Assembly (NCBI RefSeq): GCF_030693405.1
Contig: NZ_JAUYAW010000052.1
Location: 13,590 to 77,589 of the forward strand
Source: Phenylobacterium sp.
GTDB lineage: Bacteria > Pseudomonadota > Alphaproteobacteria > Caulobacterales > Caulobacteraceae
Reading direction: 5' to 3'
Length of the DNA: 64,000 nucleotides
Each line of letters begins with the position of its first letter. Positions within the stretch are counted from its first letter, which is position 1. The position numbers and the translations under genes are program-made. The notes under the pieces were generated by a model. The model was not told the DNA's origin and searched no databases. It saw only the letters and a list, made by a program, of their open reading frames with translations. Positions 28,052-36,254 of this stretch are shown in pieces.

Positions 28052-28819
28052 GTGCTCGACAAACCCCAGGCGGCCGGCGCGCAGGGCCTTGCGCCAGGCG
28101 AAGGCCTGGTGGTCGACAATATCGGCAAGTCCTATCGCGGCCGTCCGGTGGTCAAGGGCGTCTCCCTGCGCCTGGCCCGGGGCGAAGTGGTGGGCCTGCT
28201 CGGTCCCAACGGGGCGGGCAAGACCACCTGCTTCTACATGATCACCGGCCTGATCGCCGCCGACTACGGGGCCATCTATCTGGACGGCGAGAACATCACC
28301 GCCCAGCCCATGTACCAGCGCGCCCGGATGGGTCTGGGCTATCTGCCGCAGGAGACCTCGATCTTCCGCGGCATGACCGTGGCCCAGAACGTCATGGCCG
28401 TGGTCGAGCTGCGCGAGCGCGACGGCGCCCGGGCCCGCGCCACGGTGAACCAGCTGCTGGAAGAGCTGCACATCGAGCATCTGCGCGACGCCCCGGCCAT
28501 CTCCCTGTCCGGCGGTGAACGCCGCCGCGTGGAGATCGCCCGGGCTCTGGCCAGCGAGCCGTCCTTCATGCTGCTGGACGAGCCCTTCGCCGGCATCGAC
28601 CCCCTGGCCATCGCCGACATCCGCGAGGTCATCTCCTATCTGAAGGGTCGGGGGATCGGCATCCTGATCACCGACCACAATGTCCGCGAGACCCTCGACA
28701 TCATCGACCGCGCCGCAATCATCCATGCGGGCGAGCTGCTGTTCGAAGGCTCACCGTCTGAGATCATCGACAACGCCGAGGTCCGCCGGGTCTATCTGGG
28801 CGACAGCTTCGGGGGCTGA
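28052..28819 (+). CDS. lptB: LPS export ABC ATPase
   Basis: GPNGAGKTT, LSGGERRRVEIARAL, DEPFAGIDP and ITDHNVRETL motifs. Confidence 0.95.
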   Translation: MLDKPQAAGAQGLAPGEGLVVDNIGKSYRGRPVVKGVSLRLARGEVVGLLGPNGAGKTTCFYMITGLIAADYGAIYLDGENITAQPMYQRARMGLGYLPQETSIFRGMTVAQNVMAVVELRERDGARARATVNQLLEELHIEHLRDAPAISLSGGERRRVEIARALASEPSFMLLDEPFAGIDPLAIADIREVISYLKGRGIGILITDHNVRETLDIIDRAAIIHAGELLFEGSPSEIIDNAEVRRVYLGDSFGG

Positions 28820-28835
28820 CCGCGGTCAGGCCTTG

Positions 28836-28945
28836 CGTCCTTCGAGGCTCGCTTCGCTCACACCTCAGGTTGAGGGAGGTGGGTGCGGGCGTCTCACTCC
28901 GTCCTCATCCTGAGGCGCCCTGCGACAGCAGGGCCTCGAAGGACG
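28836..28945 (+). repeat. CGTC-tagged element, family B
   Basis: Near-identical arms to the 7183-7291 copy. Confidence 0.85.
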
Positions 28946-28969
28946 AGGGCGGTCGCACAACCCCTCTCC

Positions 28970-29055
28970 CGTCATGGTCGGACTTGATCCGACCCTCCAT
29001 GACCACCGGCGAGCGGCTGTGCGCATGGACCCTCGGGTCAAGCCCGAGGGTGACG
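28970..29055 (+). repeat. CGTC-tagged element, family A
   Basis: CGTCATGGTCGGACTTGATCCGACC...CCCTCGGGTCAAGCCCGAGGGTGACG. Confidence 0.85.
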
Positions 29056-29080
29056 GTTGCGGGGTGGCGGCTTGCGGACC

Positions 29081-30364
29081 TCAGAGGCCGGCCAGGGCCT
29101 GGTCCAGGTCGGCGATGATGTCGTCCACATGCTCCAGACCCACCGAGAGGCGGATCACGTCAGGCCCGGCGCCGGCGGCGATCTGATCGGCCTCTTCAAG
29201 CTGGCGGTGGGTGGTCGAGGCCGGGTGGATGATCAGGCTGCGGGTGTCGCCGATATTGGCTAGGTGGGAGAACAGCTTGACCGCGCTCACCAGCCTGACG
29301 CCGGCGGCGTAGCCGTCCTTGAGGCCGAAGGTGAAGACCGCACCGGCGCCCTTCGGCGCGTAGCGCTTGGCCCGCTCATGGCTGGGATCGCCGGCCAGAC
29401 CCGCATAGGAGACCCAGGCGACCTTGGGGTGGGCCTTCAGCCACTCGGCGACGGTCTGGGCATTGGCGCAGTGGCGTTCCATCCGCAGGGCCAGGGTCTC
29501 GATGCCGGTGAGGATCATGAAGGCGTTAAACGGCGAGATGGCCGGCCCCAGGTCGCGCAGGCCGAGCGCCCGGCAGGCGACGACGAAGGCGGCCGGACCG
29601 AAGGCCTCGGTGAAGACCTTGCCGTGATAGCGGGGATTGGGGGCGCTGAGATTGGGCCAGCGGCCGCTGGTCCAGTCGAACTTGCCGCCGTCGATGATGG
29701 CCCCGCCGATGGAGTTGCCATGGCCGCCCAGGAACTTGGTCAGGGAGTGGACGACGATGTCGGCCCCGTGATCCAGCGGCCGGCAGAGATAGGGGGTGGC
29801 GAGCGTATTATCGACCACCAGGGGCACGCCCGCGGCATGGGCGACGTCGGCGATGCCGGCGATATCCATGACCACGCCGCCTGGATTGGCGATGGACTCG
29901 ATGAAGACCGCCCGGGTCTTGTCGTTGATCGCCTGGGCGAAGGCTTGCGGCTCCAGCTCCTCGACGAAGGTGACGCCCCAGCCCATGCGCTTGAAGCTCT
30001 GGCTGAGCTGGGTGATCGACCCGCCATAGAGCTTGCGCGAGGCGACGATATTGCAGCCGGGCTCCATCAGGGTGTGGAAGACCAGCAGCTGGGCCGCATG
30101 ACCGCTGGCCACGGCAAGCGCCGCGACCCCGCCCTCCAGGGTGGCCAGGCGGGCCTCCAGCACACCCGATGTGGGGTTGCCCAGGCGGGAATAGATGTTG
30201 CCGGCCGCCTCGAGATTGAACAGGGCCGCGGCGTGATCGGAATCGTCGAACACGTAGGAGGTGGTCTGGTAGATCGGCGTGACCCTCGCCTTGGTCACCG
30301 GATCAGGCGTCGCGCCTGCGTGAATGACCAGGGTTTCGGGGCGCAGGGGCGCAGAATCGGACAT
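29081..30364 (-). CDS. metY: O-acetylhomoserine aminocarboxypropyltransferase (MetY/Cys-Met metabolism PLP family)
   Basis: PIYQTTSY, YSRLGNPT, VVDNT, HSLTKFLGGHG and HLANIGDTRSLIIHPASTTH motifs. Confidence 0.85.
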   Translation of the reverse strand: MSDSAPLRPETLVIHAGATPDPVTKARVTPIYQTTSYVFDDSDHAAALFNLEAAGNIYSRLGNPTSGVLEARLATLEGGVAALAVASGHAAQLLVFHTLMEPGCNIVASRKLYGGSITQLSQSFKRMGWGVTFVEELEPQAFAQAINDKTRAVFIESIANPGGVVMDIAGIADVAHAAGVPLVVDNTLATPYLCRPLDHGADIVVHSLTKFLGGHGNSIGGAIIDGGKFDWTSGRWPNLSAPNPRYHGKVFTEAFGPAAFVVACRALGLRDLGPAISPFNAFMILTGIETLALRMERHCANAQTVAEWLKAHPKVAWVSYAGLAGDPSHERAKRYAPKGAGAVFTFGLKDGYAAGVRLVSAVKLFSHLANIGDTRSLIIHPASTTHRQLEEADQIAAGAGPDVIRLSVGLEHVDDIIADLDQALAGL

Positions 30365-30533
30365 TGGCGTCTTCCCTTATGAAACTCGTGTTCTGAGGGT
30401 CTGCGCCTAGCATGCCGAGGGGCTACGCCGAAACCGCCGACCTGAATCGTCGCAGGCCCGCGCGGAGTTAACCAATCGGTGTGGGATGGCCGTCTAGCCT
30501 TGCCAGCAAGAAGCAGGCCAGGAGGGCTGAACC

Positions 30534-32036
30534 TTGGCGCTCAGCGCGCGACTCGAGATCCGTCAGGGGCAGGGGCTGGTCATCACCCCCCAGCTGCAGC
30601 AGGCCATCAAGCTGCTGCAGCTGTCGAACCTTGAGCTGGAGGCCTATGTCGAGGGCGAGCTTGAGCGGAACCCTCTGCTGGCCCGGGACGAGGGGGAGGC
30701 AGAGCCCGCCCCGCAGATCGCCGACGGCGCTGGCGAGGCCCGCGCCGAGGCGGCCCTGGACGAGGTGGCCGCCGGTTCGGCCCAGAGCGACCTGGACGCC
30801 GCCCATGACGACGTCTCGCCTGGTGAGCGGGCCACCGGCGACGGGAGCGAGGCTGGTGAAGCCGGCGGCGCCATCGACTGGTCCAAGGCCGGCAAGGGCA
30901 GAACCTTCGAAGGCGACGGGGATGGCCTTGACGGCCTGGCCGCCCATGAAAAGAGCCTCGCCGAATATCTGACGGACCAGGCCGCCCTGCTGGGCTTCAC
31001 GCCGCCGCAGGCTGCGGTCGCCGCGGTGCTCATCGACGGAGTGGACGAGGGCGGCTATCTGCGCCTCGACCTGACCGAGACCACCGAGCGCCTGGGCTGC
31101 GAGCTCGCCCTGGTCGAGGGAGTCCTCACCCGTCTGCAGGGCCTGGAGCCCACCGGCGTCTTTGCGCGCGATGTCGCCGAATGCCTTCGGCTTCAACTGG
31201 TCGAGCGTGATCGCTGCGACCCTGCCATGTCGGCGCTGCTGGACAATCTCGACCTGCTGGCCCGCCGGGACATGGCGGGTCTGAAGCGCGCCTGCGGCGT
31301 CGATGACGAGGACCTGCGCGACATGCTCGCCGAGCTGCGCGCCCTGACGCCGCGGCCGGGCGCGGCCTTCGGCGGCGAGCCGAGCCAGCCGGTCTCGCCC
31401 GATGTCTTCGTGCGCGAGGGCCCGGGGGGCCTGTGGCTGGTGGAGCTGAACAGCGACACTCTGCCGCGCCTGCTGGTGGACCAGCGCTATCACGCCAAGG
31501 TTTCCGGCGGCGCGCGGTCGGACCAGGAAAAGACCTTCGTCGCCGACTGTCTGGCCACGGCCAACTGGCTGGTCCGCAGCCTCGACCAGCGGGCCAAGAC
31601 CATCCTCAAGGTGTCCAGCGAGATCGTCCGCCAGCAGGACGGCTTCCTGGCCTATGGGGTGGAGCACCTGCGGCCCCTGAACCTGAAGACCGTCGCCGAG
31701 GCCATCGGCATGCACGAATCCACGGTCAGCCGGGTGACGTCGAACAAGTATATCGCCACCCCCCGGGGCCTGTTCGAGCTGAAGTTCTTCTTCACCTCCT
31801 CGATCGCCTCGTCCTCCGGCGGCGAGGCCCATTCGGCCGAGAGCGTGCGCCATAAGATCCGCCAGCTCATCGACGCCGAAGCCCAGGGCGCCGGCGTCCA
31901 TTCCGACGACCAGATCGTCGAAATCCTCAAGGCCGGCGGCGTCGATATCGCCCGCCGGACGGTCGCCAAGTACCGGGAAGCCATGCGGATTCCCTCCTCG
32001 GTGGAGCGCCGGCGGGCGATGAAGGAAGCGGTCTAG
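30534..32036 (+). CDS. rpoN: RNA polymerase sigma-54 factor (TTG start)
   Basis: ITPQLQQAIKLLQL, MHESTVSRV and the RpoN box ARRTVAKYRE. Confidence 0.97.
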   Translation: MALSARLEIRQGQGLVITPQLQQAIKLLQLSNLELEAYVEGELERNPLLARDEGEAEPAPQIADGAGEARAEAALDEVAAGSAQSDLDAAHDDVSPGERATGDGSEAGEAGGAIDWSKAGKGRTFEGDGDGLDGLAAHEKSLAEYLTDQAALLGFTPPQAAVAAVLIDGVDEGGYLRLDLTETTERLGCELALVEGVLTRLQGLEPTGVFARDVAECLRLQLVERDRCDPAMSALLDNLDLLARRDMAGLKRACGVDDEDLRDMLAELRALTPRPGAAFGGEPSQPVSPDVFVREGPGGLWLVELNSDTLPRLLVDQRYHAKVSGGARSDQEKTFVADCLATANWLVRSLDQRAKTILKVSSEIVRQQDGFLAYGVEHLRPLNLKTVAEAIGMHESTVSRVTSNKYIATPRGLFELKFFFTSSIASSSGGEAHSAESVRHKIRQLIDAEAQGAGVHSDDQIVEILKAGGVDIARRTVAKYREAMRIPSSVERRRAMKEAV

Positions 32037-32092
32037 AGCCTGAGCGCGTTTTGATCCGATAACCGGTTCCCACTTATCGGAACGCGCTCTAG
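32033..32092. repeat. Short palindromic intergenic element of the RIME/CIR/BRU-RS type with CTAGAGC ends
   Basis: CTAGAGC..GAGCGCGTT..TCCGATAA CCGGTTCCCAC TTATCGGA ACGCGCTC TAG. The ends contain the TAG stops of both rpoN and asd. Confidence 0.7.
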
Positions 32093-33171
32093 AGCCGCCC
32101 CGACGACCTCAGAGCTTCAGCGATCTGCACGGCGTTGAGCGCCGCCCCCTTCAGCAGCTGATCGCCCGCCACGAACAGGGACAGGCTGCGGCCGGACGGG
32201 TCGGACAGATCGGTACGGATGCGGCCCACCAGCACATCATCCTGGCCCTGCGCTTCGGCGGGCATGGGGAAGTGGTTGGCGGCCTGGTCGTCCACCACCC
32301 GGACCCCGTCTGCGGCCGAGAGCCATGCCCGGGCCTCGGCCACGCTCACCGGCTCGGCGAACCGTACGGTCAGGGCCATGGCGTGGGCCCGCAGGGTCGG
32401 CACCCGGATACAGGTGAAGCTGGCCGGCAGGTCGGCGGCGCCCAGCAGGCGGCGCAGCTCGGCCATCACCTTCAGTTCCTCGCCATTATATCCCGTCTCC
32501 GGATCGATCCCGGCGTCGTGGCTGAACAGGTTGAAGGCGTAGGGGTGGGCGAGCACCTGGGGCGCATAGGCCTGGCCGGCCAGGGCTGCTGCGGTGGCGT
32601 CCCGCAGTTCGGCCATGGCCGCAGCCCCGGCGCCCGAGGCGGCCTGATAGGTGGAGCCGATCAGCCGGACGATCAGCCGTCTCGCGTGCAGCGGCGCCAG
32701 CACCACCGCGGCGATGGCCGCCACGCAATTGGGATTGGCCACCAGCCGGCCGTCCATCTCGCCGAGCCGCCAGCCATTGACCTCCGGCGTCACCAGGGGG
32801 GTGTCGGGGTCCATGCGGAAGGCCGAGGAATTGTCCACCACCCAGGCCCCGGCGGCGACCGCAAGCGGACCATAGCGGCGCGACAGGGTGGCGCCGGCGG
32901 AGAAGAAGGCGAGGTCGACGCCGTCGAAACTGGCTTCATCCAGGGCCTGGACGGTCACCGGCGCCCCCCGAAAGCTCAGGACCGTTCCTGCCGAACGGGG
33001 CGAGGCCAGCAGCCGCAGCGCCTTTACGGGAAAGTCCCGGCGCTCCAGGCAGCCGATCAGCTCGGCGCCCACGGCGCCAGTGGCGCCGACAATGGCCACG
33101 GTCAGGGGACGGGCCATGTCGGTCTTGGCGGGCGCCGGGCGGACCAGGGACGTTGCGAGGGACTGCGGCAT
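32089..33171 (-). CDS. asd: Aspartate-semialdehyde dehydrogenase
   Basis: AIVGATGAVG, VDNSSAFRM, ANPNC, STYQAASGAG and GDQLLKGAALNAVQIAE motifs; GGAGG SD upstream of ATG 33171. Confidence 0.93.
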   Translation of the reverse strand: MPQSLATSLVRPAPAKTDMARPLTVAIVGATGAVGAELIGCLERRDFPVKALRLLASPRSAGTVLSFRGAPVTVQALDEASFDGVDLAFFSAGATLSRRYGPLAVAAGAWVVDNSSAFRMDPDTPLVTPEVNGWRLGEMDGRLVANPNCVAAIAAVVLAPLHARRLIVRLIGSTYQAASGAGAAAMAELRDATAAALAGQAYAPQVLAHPYAFNLFSHDAGIDPETGYNGEELKVMAELRRLLGAADLPASFTCIRVPTLRAHAMALTVRFAEPVSVAEARAWLSAADGVRVVDDQAANHFPMPAEAQGQDDVLVGRIRTDLSDPSGRSLSLFVAGDQLLKGAALNAVQIAEALRSSGRL

Positions 33172-33174
33172 GGG

Positions 33175-33285
33175 AGCCTCCGGGGTCTGGCCGGAGGGAG
33201 GCTGGCTTTCCTTGGCCGACCCCATCCTTCCGGCGGGGTCAAGCAGGGATCGTCAGTCGGCTGCGGGCAGCCACGACCAGACCCC
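33175..33285 (-). promoter_or_regulatory. Putative translational attenuator RNA switch for asd
   Basis: Alternating GGGGUC/GACCCC segments at 33280-85, 33235-40, 33218-23 and 33182-87; anti-SD AGCCUCC (33197-203) pairs with SD GGAGGCU (33175-81). Confidence 0.7.
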
Positions 33286-33342
33286 TGCGCCCGCAAGCGC
33301 AGTGGTTTTAATAATCATGGTCATGGCGGCATGATGCAGCAT
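33253..33342 (-). CDS. Putative leader peptide MLHHAAMTMIIKTTALAGAGVWSWLPAAD (29 aa; alternative start 33324)
   Basis: Translated by hand. Eight consecutive Met/Thr/Ile/Lys codons directly upstream of asd, using AT-rich codons ATT ATT AAA ACC ACT. Confidence 0.75.
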   Translation of the reverse strand: MLHHAAMTMIIKTTALAGAGVWSWLPAAD

Positions 33343-33348
33343 GCGCCC

Positions 33349-33377
33349 CCGATAGGCCCAGACGGCGGCGCTGTAAA
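33349..33377 (-). promoter_or_regulatory. Candidate sigma70 promoter for the asd leader
   Basis: TTTACA-N17-TATCGG; the A of ATG 33342 is the 7th base after the -10 hexamer, consistent with a leaderless start. Confidence 0.45.
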
Positions 33378-33434
33378 GCGTCTGGCCCCATGGCTGATTG
33401 CGCCGCTTGAGCCGCGCGCCCATACCCGGGACCC

Positions 33435-34058
33435 ATGACGACGGGCATTCCTGACCAGGAACGGCGCATGAGCCTCTCGGCGATGCTCCGGGATCTCTGT
33501 GACCTGTCCCATGAGACCGAGGACTTCGGGGCCCTCATCGGCCGCTTTGGCCGCCGGGCGTTCGGGGCGCTGCTGTTCCTGTTCGCCGCGCCCAATCTGC
33601 TGCCGCTGCCGCCGGGATCTTCCACCTTCCTGGGCGCGCCCCTGCTGCTTTTTGCGCCCCAGCTGGCGCTCGGGGTGACCAGTCCCTGGATGCCGGCTGG
33701 GTTGCGGGCTCAACGGCTGGACATGGGCGTCCTGCGCGGCGCATTCCTGAAACTGGTCCCGAGGGTTGAACAGGTGGAGCGGGTCTCCAGCGCCCGGCTG
33801 ACCTTCCTGTTCGGCCCGGTCGGCGATCGCCTCATCGGCGTCTGCTGCACGGTCCTGGCCTTCGTGCTGATGCTGCCCCTGCCGTTGGGCAATCTGCTGC
33901 CGGCCACGGCGATCAGCCTGTTCGCTGTGGCCCTGCTCCAGCGGGACGGAGTTTTCGCCCTGGCGGGCTATGTGGCTACAGCGGTGAGCCTGGGGGTCCT
34001 GGCGCTCGCCGCCGGGGTTATCCACAGGCTTTTCATCGTGGCCATGAGCAGTCTTTGA
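33435..34058 (+). CDS. Exopolysaccharide synthesis ExoD-family membrane protein
   Basis: GRRAFGALLFLFAAPNLLP.PPGSST, PLPLGNLLPA and RDG motifs. Confidence 0.85.
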   Translation: MTTGIPDQERRMSLSAMLRDLCDLSHETEDFGALIGRFGRRAFGALLFLFAAPNLLPLPPGSSTFLGAPLLLFAPQLALGVTSPWMPAGLRAQRLDMGVLRGAFLKLVPRVEQVERVSSARLTFLFGPVGDRLIGVCCTVLAFVLMLPLPLGNLLPATAISLFAVALLQRDGVFALAGYVATAVSLGVLALAAGVIHRLFIVAMSSL

Positions 34059-34099
34059 CGCACTTGACACCAACCCGAGACAGGCGCGTTCTTGAACCT

Positions 34100-34735
34100 A
34101 TGCAAGTCCAAGTCACCGGCAAACACGTCGATGTCGGAGAGGCCCTGCGTCTGCGGGTCACCGACGAACTCACCAACAGCATTGGCAAATATATCGACCG
34201 CGCGGGCGGTGGGGCCGATGTTGTCGTCAGCCGCGAGGGCTACACCTTCAAGGTGGATTGCGCCCTGACCCTGGCCTCGGGGCAACAGCTCCAGAGCCAC
34301 GGCACCGGAACCGACGCCCATACGGCCTTCGATTCCGCCCTGCAGAAGATCGAGACCCGGGTCCGCCGCTATAAGCGTCGGCTGAAGGATCACCATCAGC
34401 AGGCGCTCGCCAAACAGGCCGAGACCGCCTCCTATTTCGTGCTTCGCACGCCCGAGGGCGAGGATGAGCCCGATTGGGACGATGATGCCCATCAGGGCTC
34501 TGAGGGCGCGCCGGCGGCCATGGTCATCGCCGAGACCGAGCGTCCGATCCGTGAAATGACGGTTTCCATGGCGGTGCTTGAGCTGGATATGACCGGCGCT
34601 CAAACAATCGTGTTCAGGAACGCCGCGCATGGCGGTTTGTCCGTGGTATATCGCCGGCCCGATGGGAATATCGGCTGGATTGATCCCGAGCGTACGAGGC
34701 CGGTGAACGGTACGGGCTCCAACGGCGCCGCCTGA
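34100..34735 (+). CDS. hpf: Ribosome hibernation promoting factor (long HPF/RaiA)
   Basis: MQVQVTGKHVDVGEAL, KIETRVRRYKRRLKDHH and VVYRRPDGNIGWIDP. Confidence 0.93.
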   Translation: MQVQVTGKHVDVGEALRLRVTDELTNSIGKYIDRAGGGADVVVSREGYTFKVDCALTLASGQQLQSHGTGTDAHTAFDSALQKIETRVRRYKRRLKDHHQQALAKQAETASYFVLRTPEGEDEPDWDDDAHQGSEGAPAAMVIAETERPIREMTVSMAVLELDMTGAQTIVFRNAAHGGLSVVYRRPDGNIGWIDPERTRPVNGTGSNGAA

Positions 34736-34812
34736 CAGCGGCCCGTCGACCCCCGACCCTCGCCGAGACCCGTGCGGCCTCGGACCCGTAGAACAGGCCT
34801 TCCGAAGCAAGC

Positions 34813-35277
34813 ATGCAGATCGGCGATATTCTGGATCGCGGCGCCATTGCGCTGCGTGTGAGCGCGACCGACAAGCGCCAGATCCTGGCCCACCTGGCCG
34901 AGCTGGCGGCGCGCAACTTCGGGCTGGAAGCGAGCACGGTTCTCGACGCGCTGAGCGAGCGTGAGCAGGCCGGCTCCACCGGGATCGGCCACGGCGTCGC
35001 CGTGCCCCATGCCCGGATCGAGGGTCTGGACCGGATTCGCGGGGTGTTTCTGCGGGTTGAACAGCCGGTGGCGTTCGAATCCATCGACGACCAGCCCGCC
35101 GACCTCATCTTCGCCCTGCTGGCCCCGCCGGAAGCGGGAACCGAGCATCTTCGCGCCCTGGCGCGGGTCTCGCGCATGCTGCGCAACGCCGACCTGCGTG
35201 AACATCTCCGCCAGGCCCGCACGCCGGACGCCCTGCACGCCCTGCTAGTTCAGGAGTCCGCGCCCTCCGCGGCCTGA
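34813..35277 (+). CDS. ptsN: PTS IIA-like nitrogen regulatory protein
   Basis: REQAGSTGIGHGVAVPHA and HLRALARVSRML motifs; follows hpf. Confidence 0.92.
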   Translation: MQIGDILDRGAIALRVSATDKRQILAHLAELAARNFGLEASTVLDALSEREQAGSTGIGHGVAVPHARIEGLDRIRGVFLRVEQPVAFESIDDQPADLIFALLAPPEAGTEHLRALARVSRMLRNADLREHLRQARTPDALHALLVQESAPSAA

Positions 35278-35308
35278 GCCGAAGGAGGGCGCTTAGGCGG
35301 TCAGCTCA

Positions 35309-35566
35309 TCAGTGGACCGAGACGGGCGCAAGCTCGTGCGCCAGGGCCGCGGCCATGGCGGCGTTGCGGTCGGTCAGGACCGCCAGGCGCTCGCCGTCGG
35401 CTCGGTGGACCGCATAGAAGGTCTGGTCCGGGTCCAGGTCCAGATGCATGGCCTCCCCCTGGACGGGGACGGTGGCCAGGATTTCAGCGGCCTTCACCGG
35501 GCGGACATAGACGAGGTCCGGTGCGCCCAGGGCGGCGAAAGCTTCAGTCGATAAGATCGGTGTCAT
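35309..35566 (-). CDS. DUF1150-family protein
   Basis: LVYVRPV, YAVHRADGERLA and HELAPVSVH; typical neighbour of hsp20. Confidence 0.8.
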   Translation of the reverse strand: MTPILSTEAFAALGAPDLVYVRPVKAAEILATVPVQGEAMHLDLDPDQTFYAVHRADGERLAVLTDRNAAMAAALAHELAPVSVH

Positions 35567-35690
35567 GATGACCACCTCCACAGGTTCGCAACGCGCCGGG
35601 CGCACGCCGGTTCAGCCGGACGCCTGACGTCTGCTCGGCCGCCCCGGAGGGCCGGCCGAAAGGATGAGGGACGATAGCGGTGATCGGGGT

Positions 35691-36113
35691 TCAACCGACC
35701 GTCCGGATGGGGATGCGCTTGACGACGGTCTCGGGTTCGGGCCGGGCCAGGTCGATGTGCAGCAGGCCGTGCTCCAGGACAGCGCCCTCGACCACCATGC
35801 CATCGGCCAGCACGAAGGTGCGCAGGAAGCCCCGGGCGGCGATGCCGCGATGCAGATAGGCGTCCTCGTCCTTGCCGCCGTCATCCTTGCGGGCGCCGGC
35901 GATCACGAGTTGCCGATCCTCCACATTGACGTGCAGCTGATCCGGCTTGAAGCCGGCCACGGCAAGCGTGATCCGCAACCGCCCTTCGCCGCAGTCCTCC
36001 ACATTGTAGGGGGGATAGGCTTCGGCGGCGGCCTTGGCGGCGCGCTCGATCCGGGCGCGGGTGTGCTCAAAACCGAGCAGAAACGGGCTGTCGAATACGA
36101 TCGTCCGGCTCAT
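35691..36113 (-). CDS. Small heat shock protein, Hsp20/IbpA family
   Basis: DSPFLLGF, YPPYNVE, LAVAGF, YLHRGIAARGF and GLLHIDL motifs. Confidence 0.92.
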   Translation of the reverse strand: MSRTIVFDSPFLLGFEHTRARIERAAKAAAEAYPPYNVEDCGEGRLRITLAVAGFKPDQLHVNVEDRQLVIAGARKDDGGKDEDAYLHRGIAARGFLRTFVLADGMVVEGAVLEHGLLHIDLARPEPETVVKRIPIRTVG

Positions 36114-36123
36114 CTGTCCTCGA

Positions 36124-36142
36124 GTCCTCATCAGAAAGCGAC
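36124..36142 (-). promoter_or_regulatory. Candidate ROSE-like RNA thermometer hairpin
   Basis: mRNA reads GUCGCU-UUCUGAUG-AGGAC: U(C)GCU opposite AGGA with a bulged G, in the hsp20 5' region. Confidence 0.5.
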
Positions 36143-36254
36143 TCCCCGGAAGGCCCGCCCAACAGGTCGGCGCGAGTCTTCCGGTTGACGATTATCTGGC
36201 GATGGAGGGCAGAGGTTTCAATATCTGGCCCCTCCCTGAGGATCAGGGGCCGTC

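Noticed and set aside
30365-30533. SAM riboswitch upstream of metY; CtrA half-site TTAACCAA upstream of rpoN
   Set aside because: No SAM-II/SAM-alpha core sequence recognisable; the half-site has a mismatch and no partner half.
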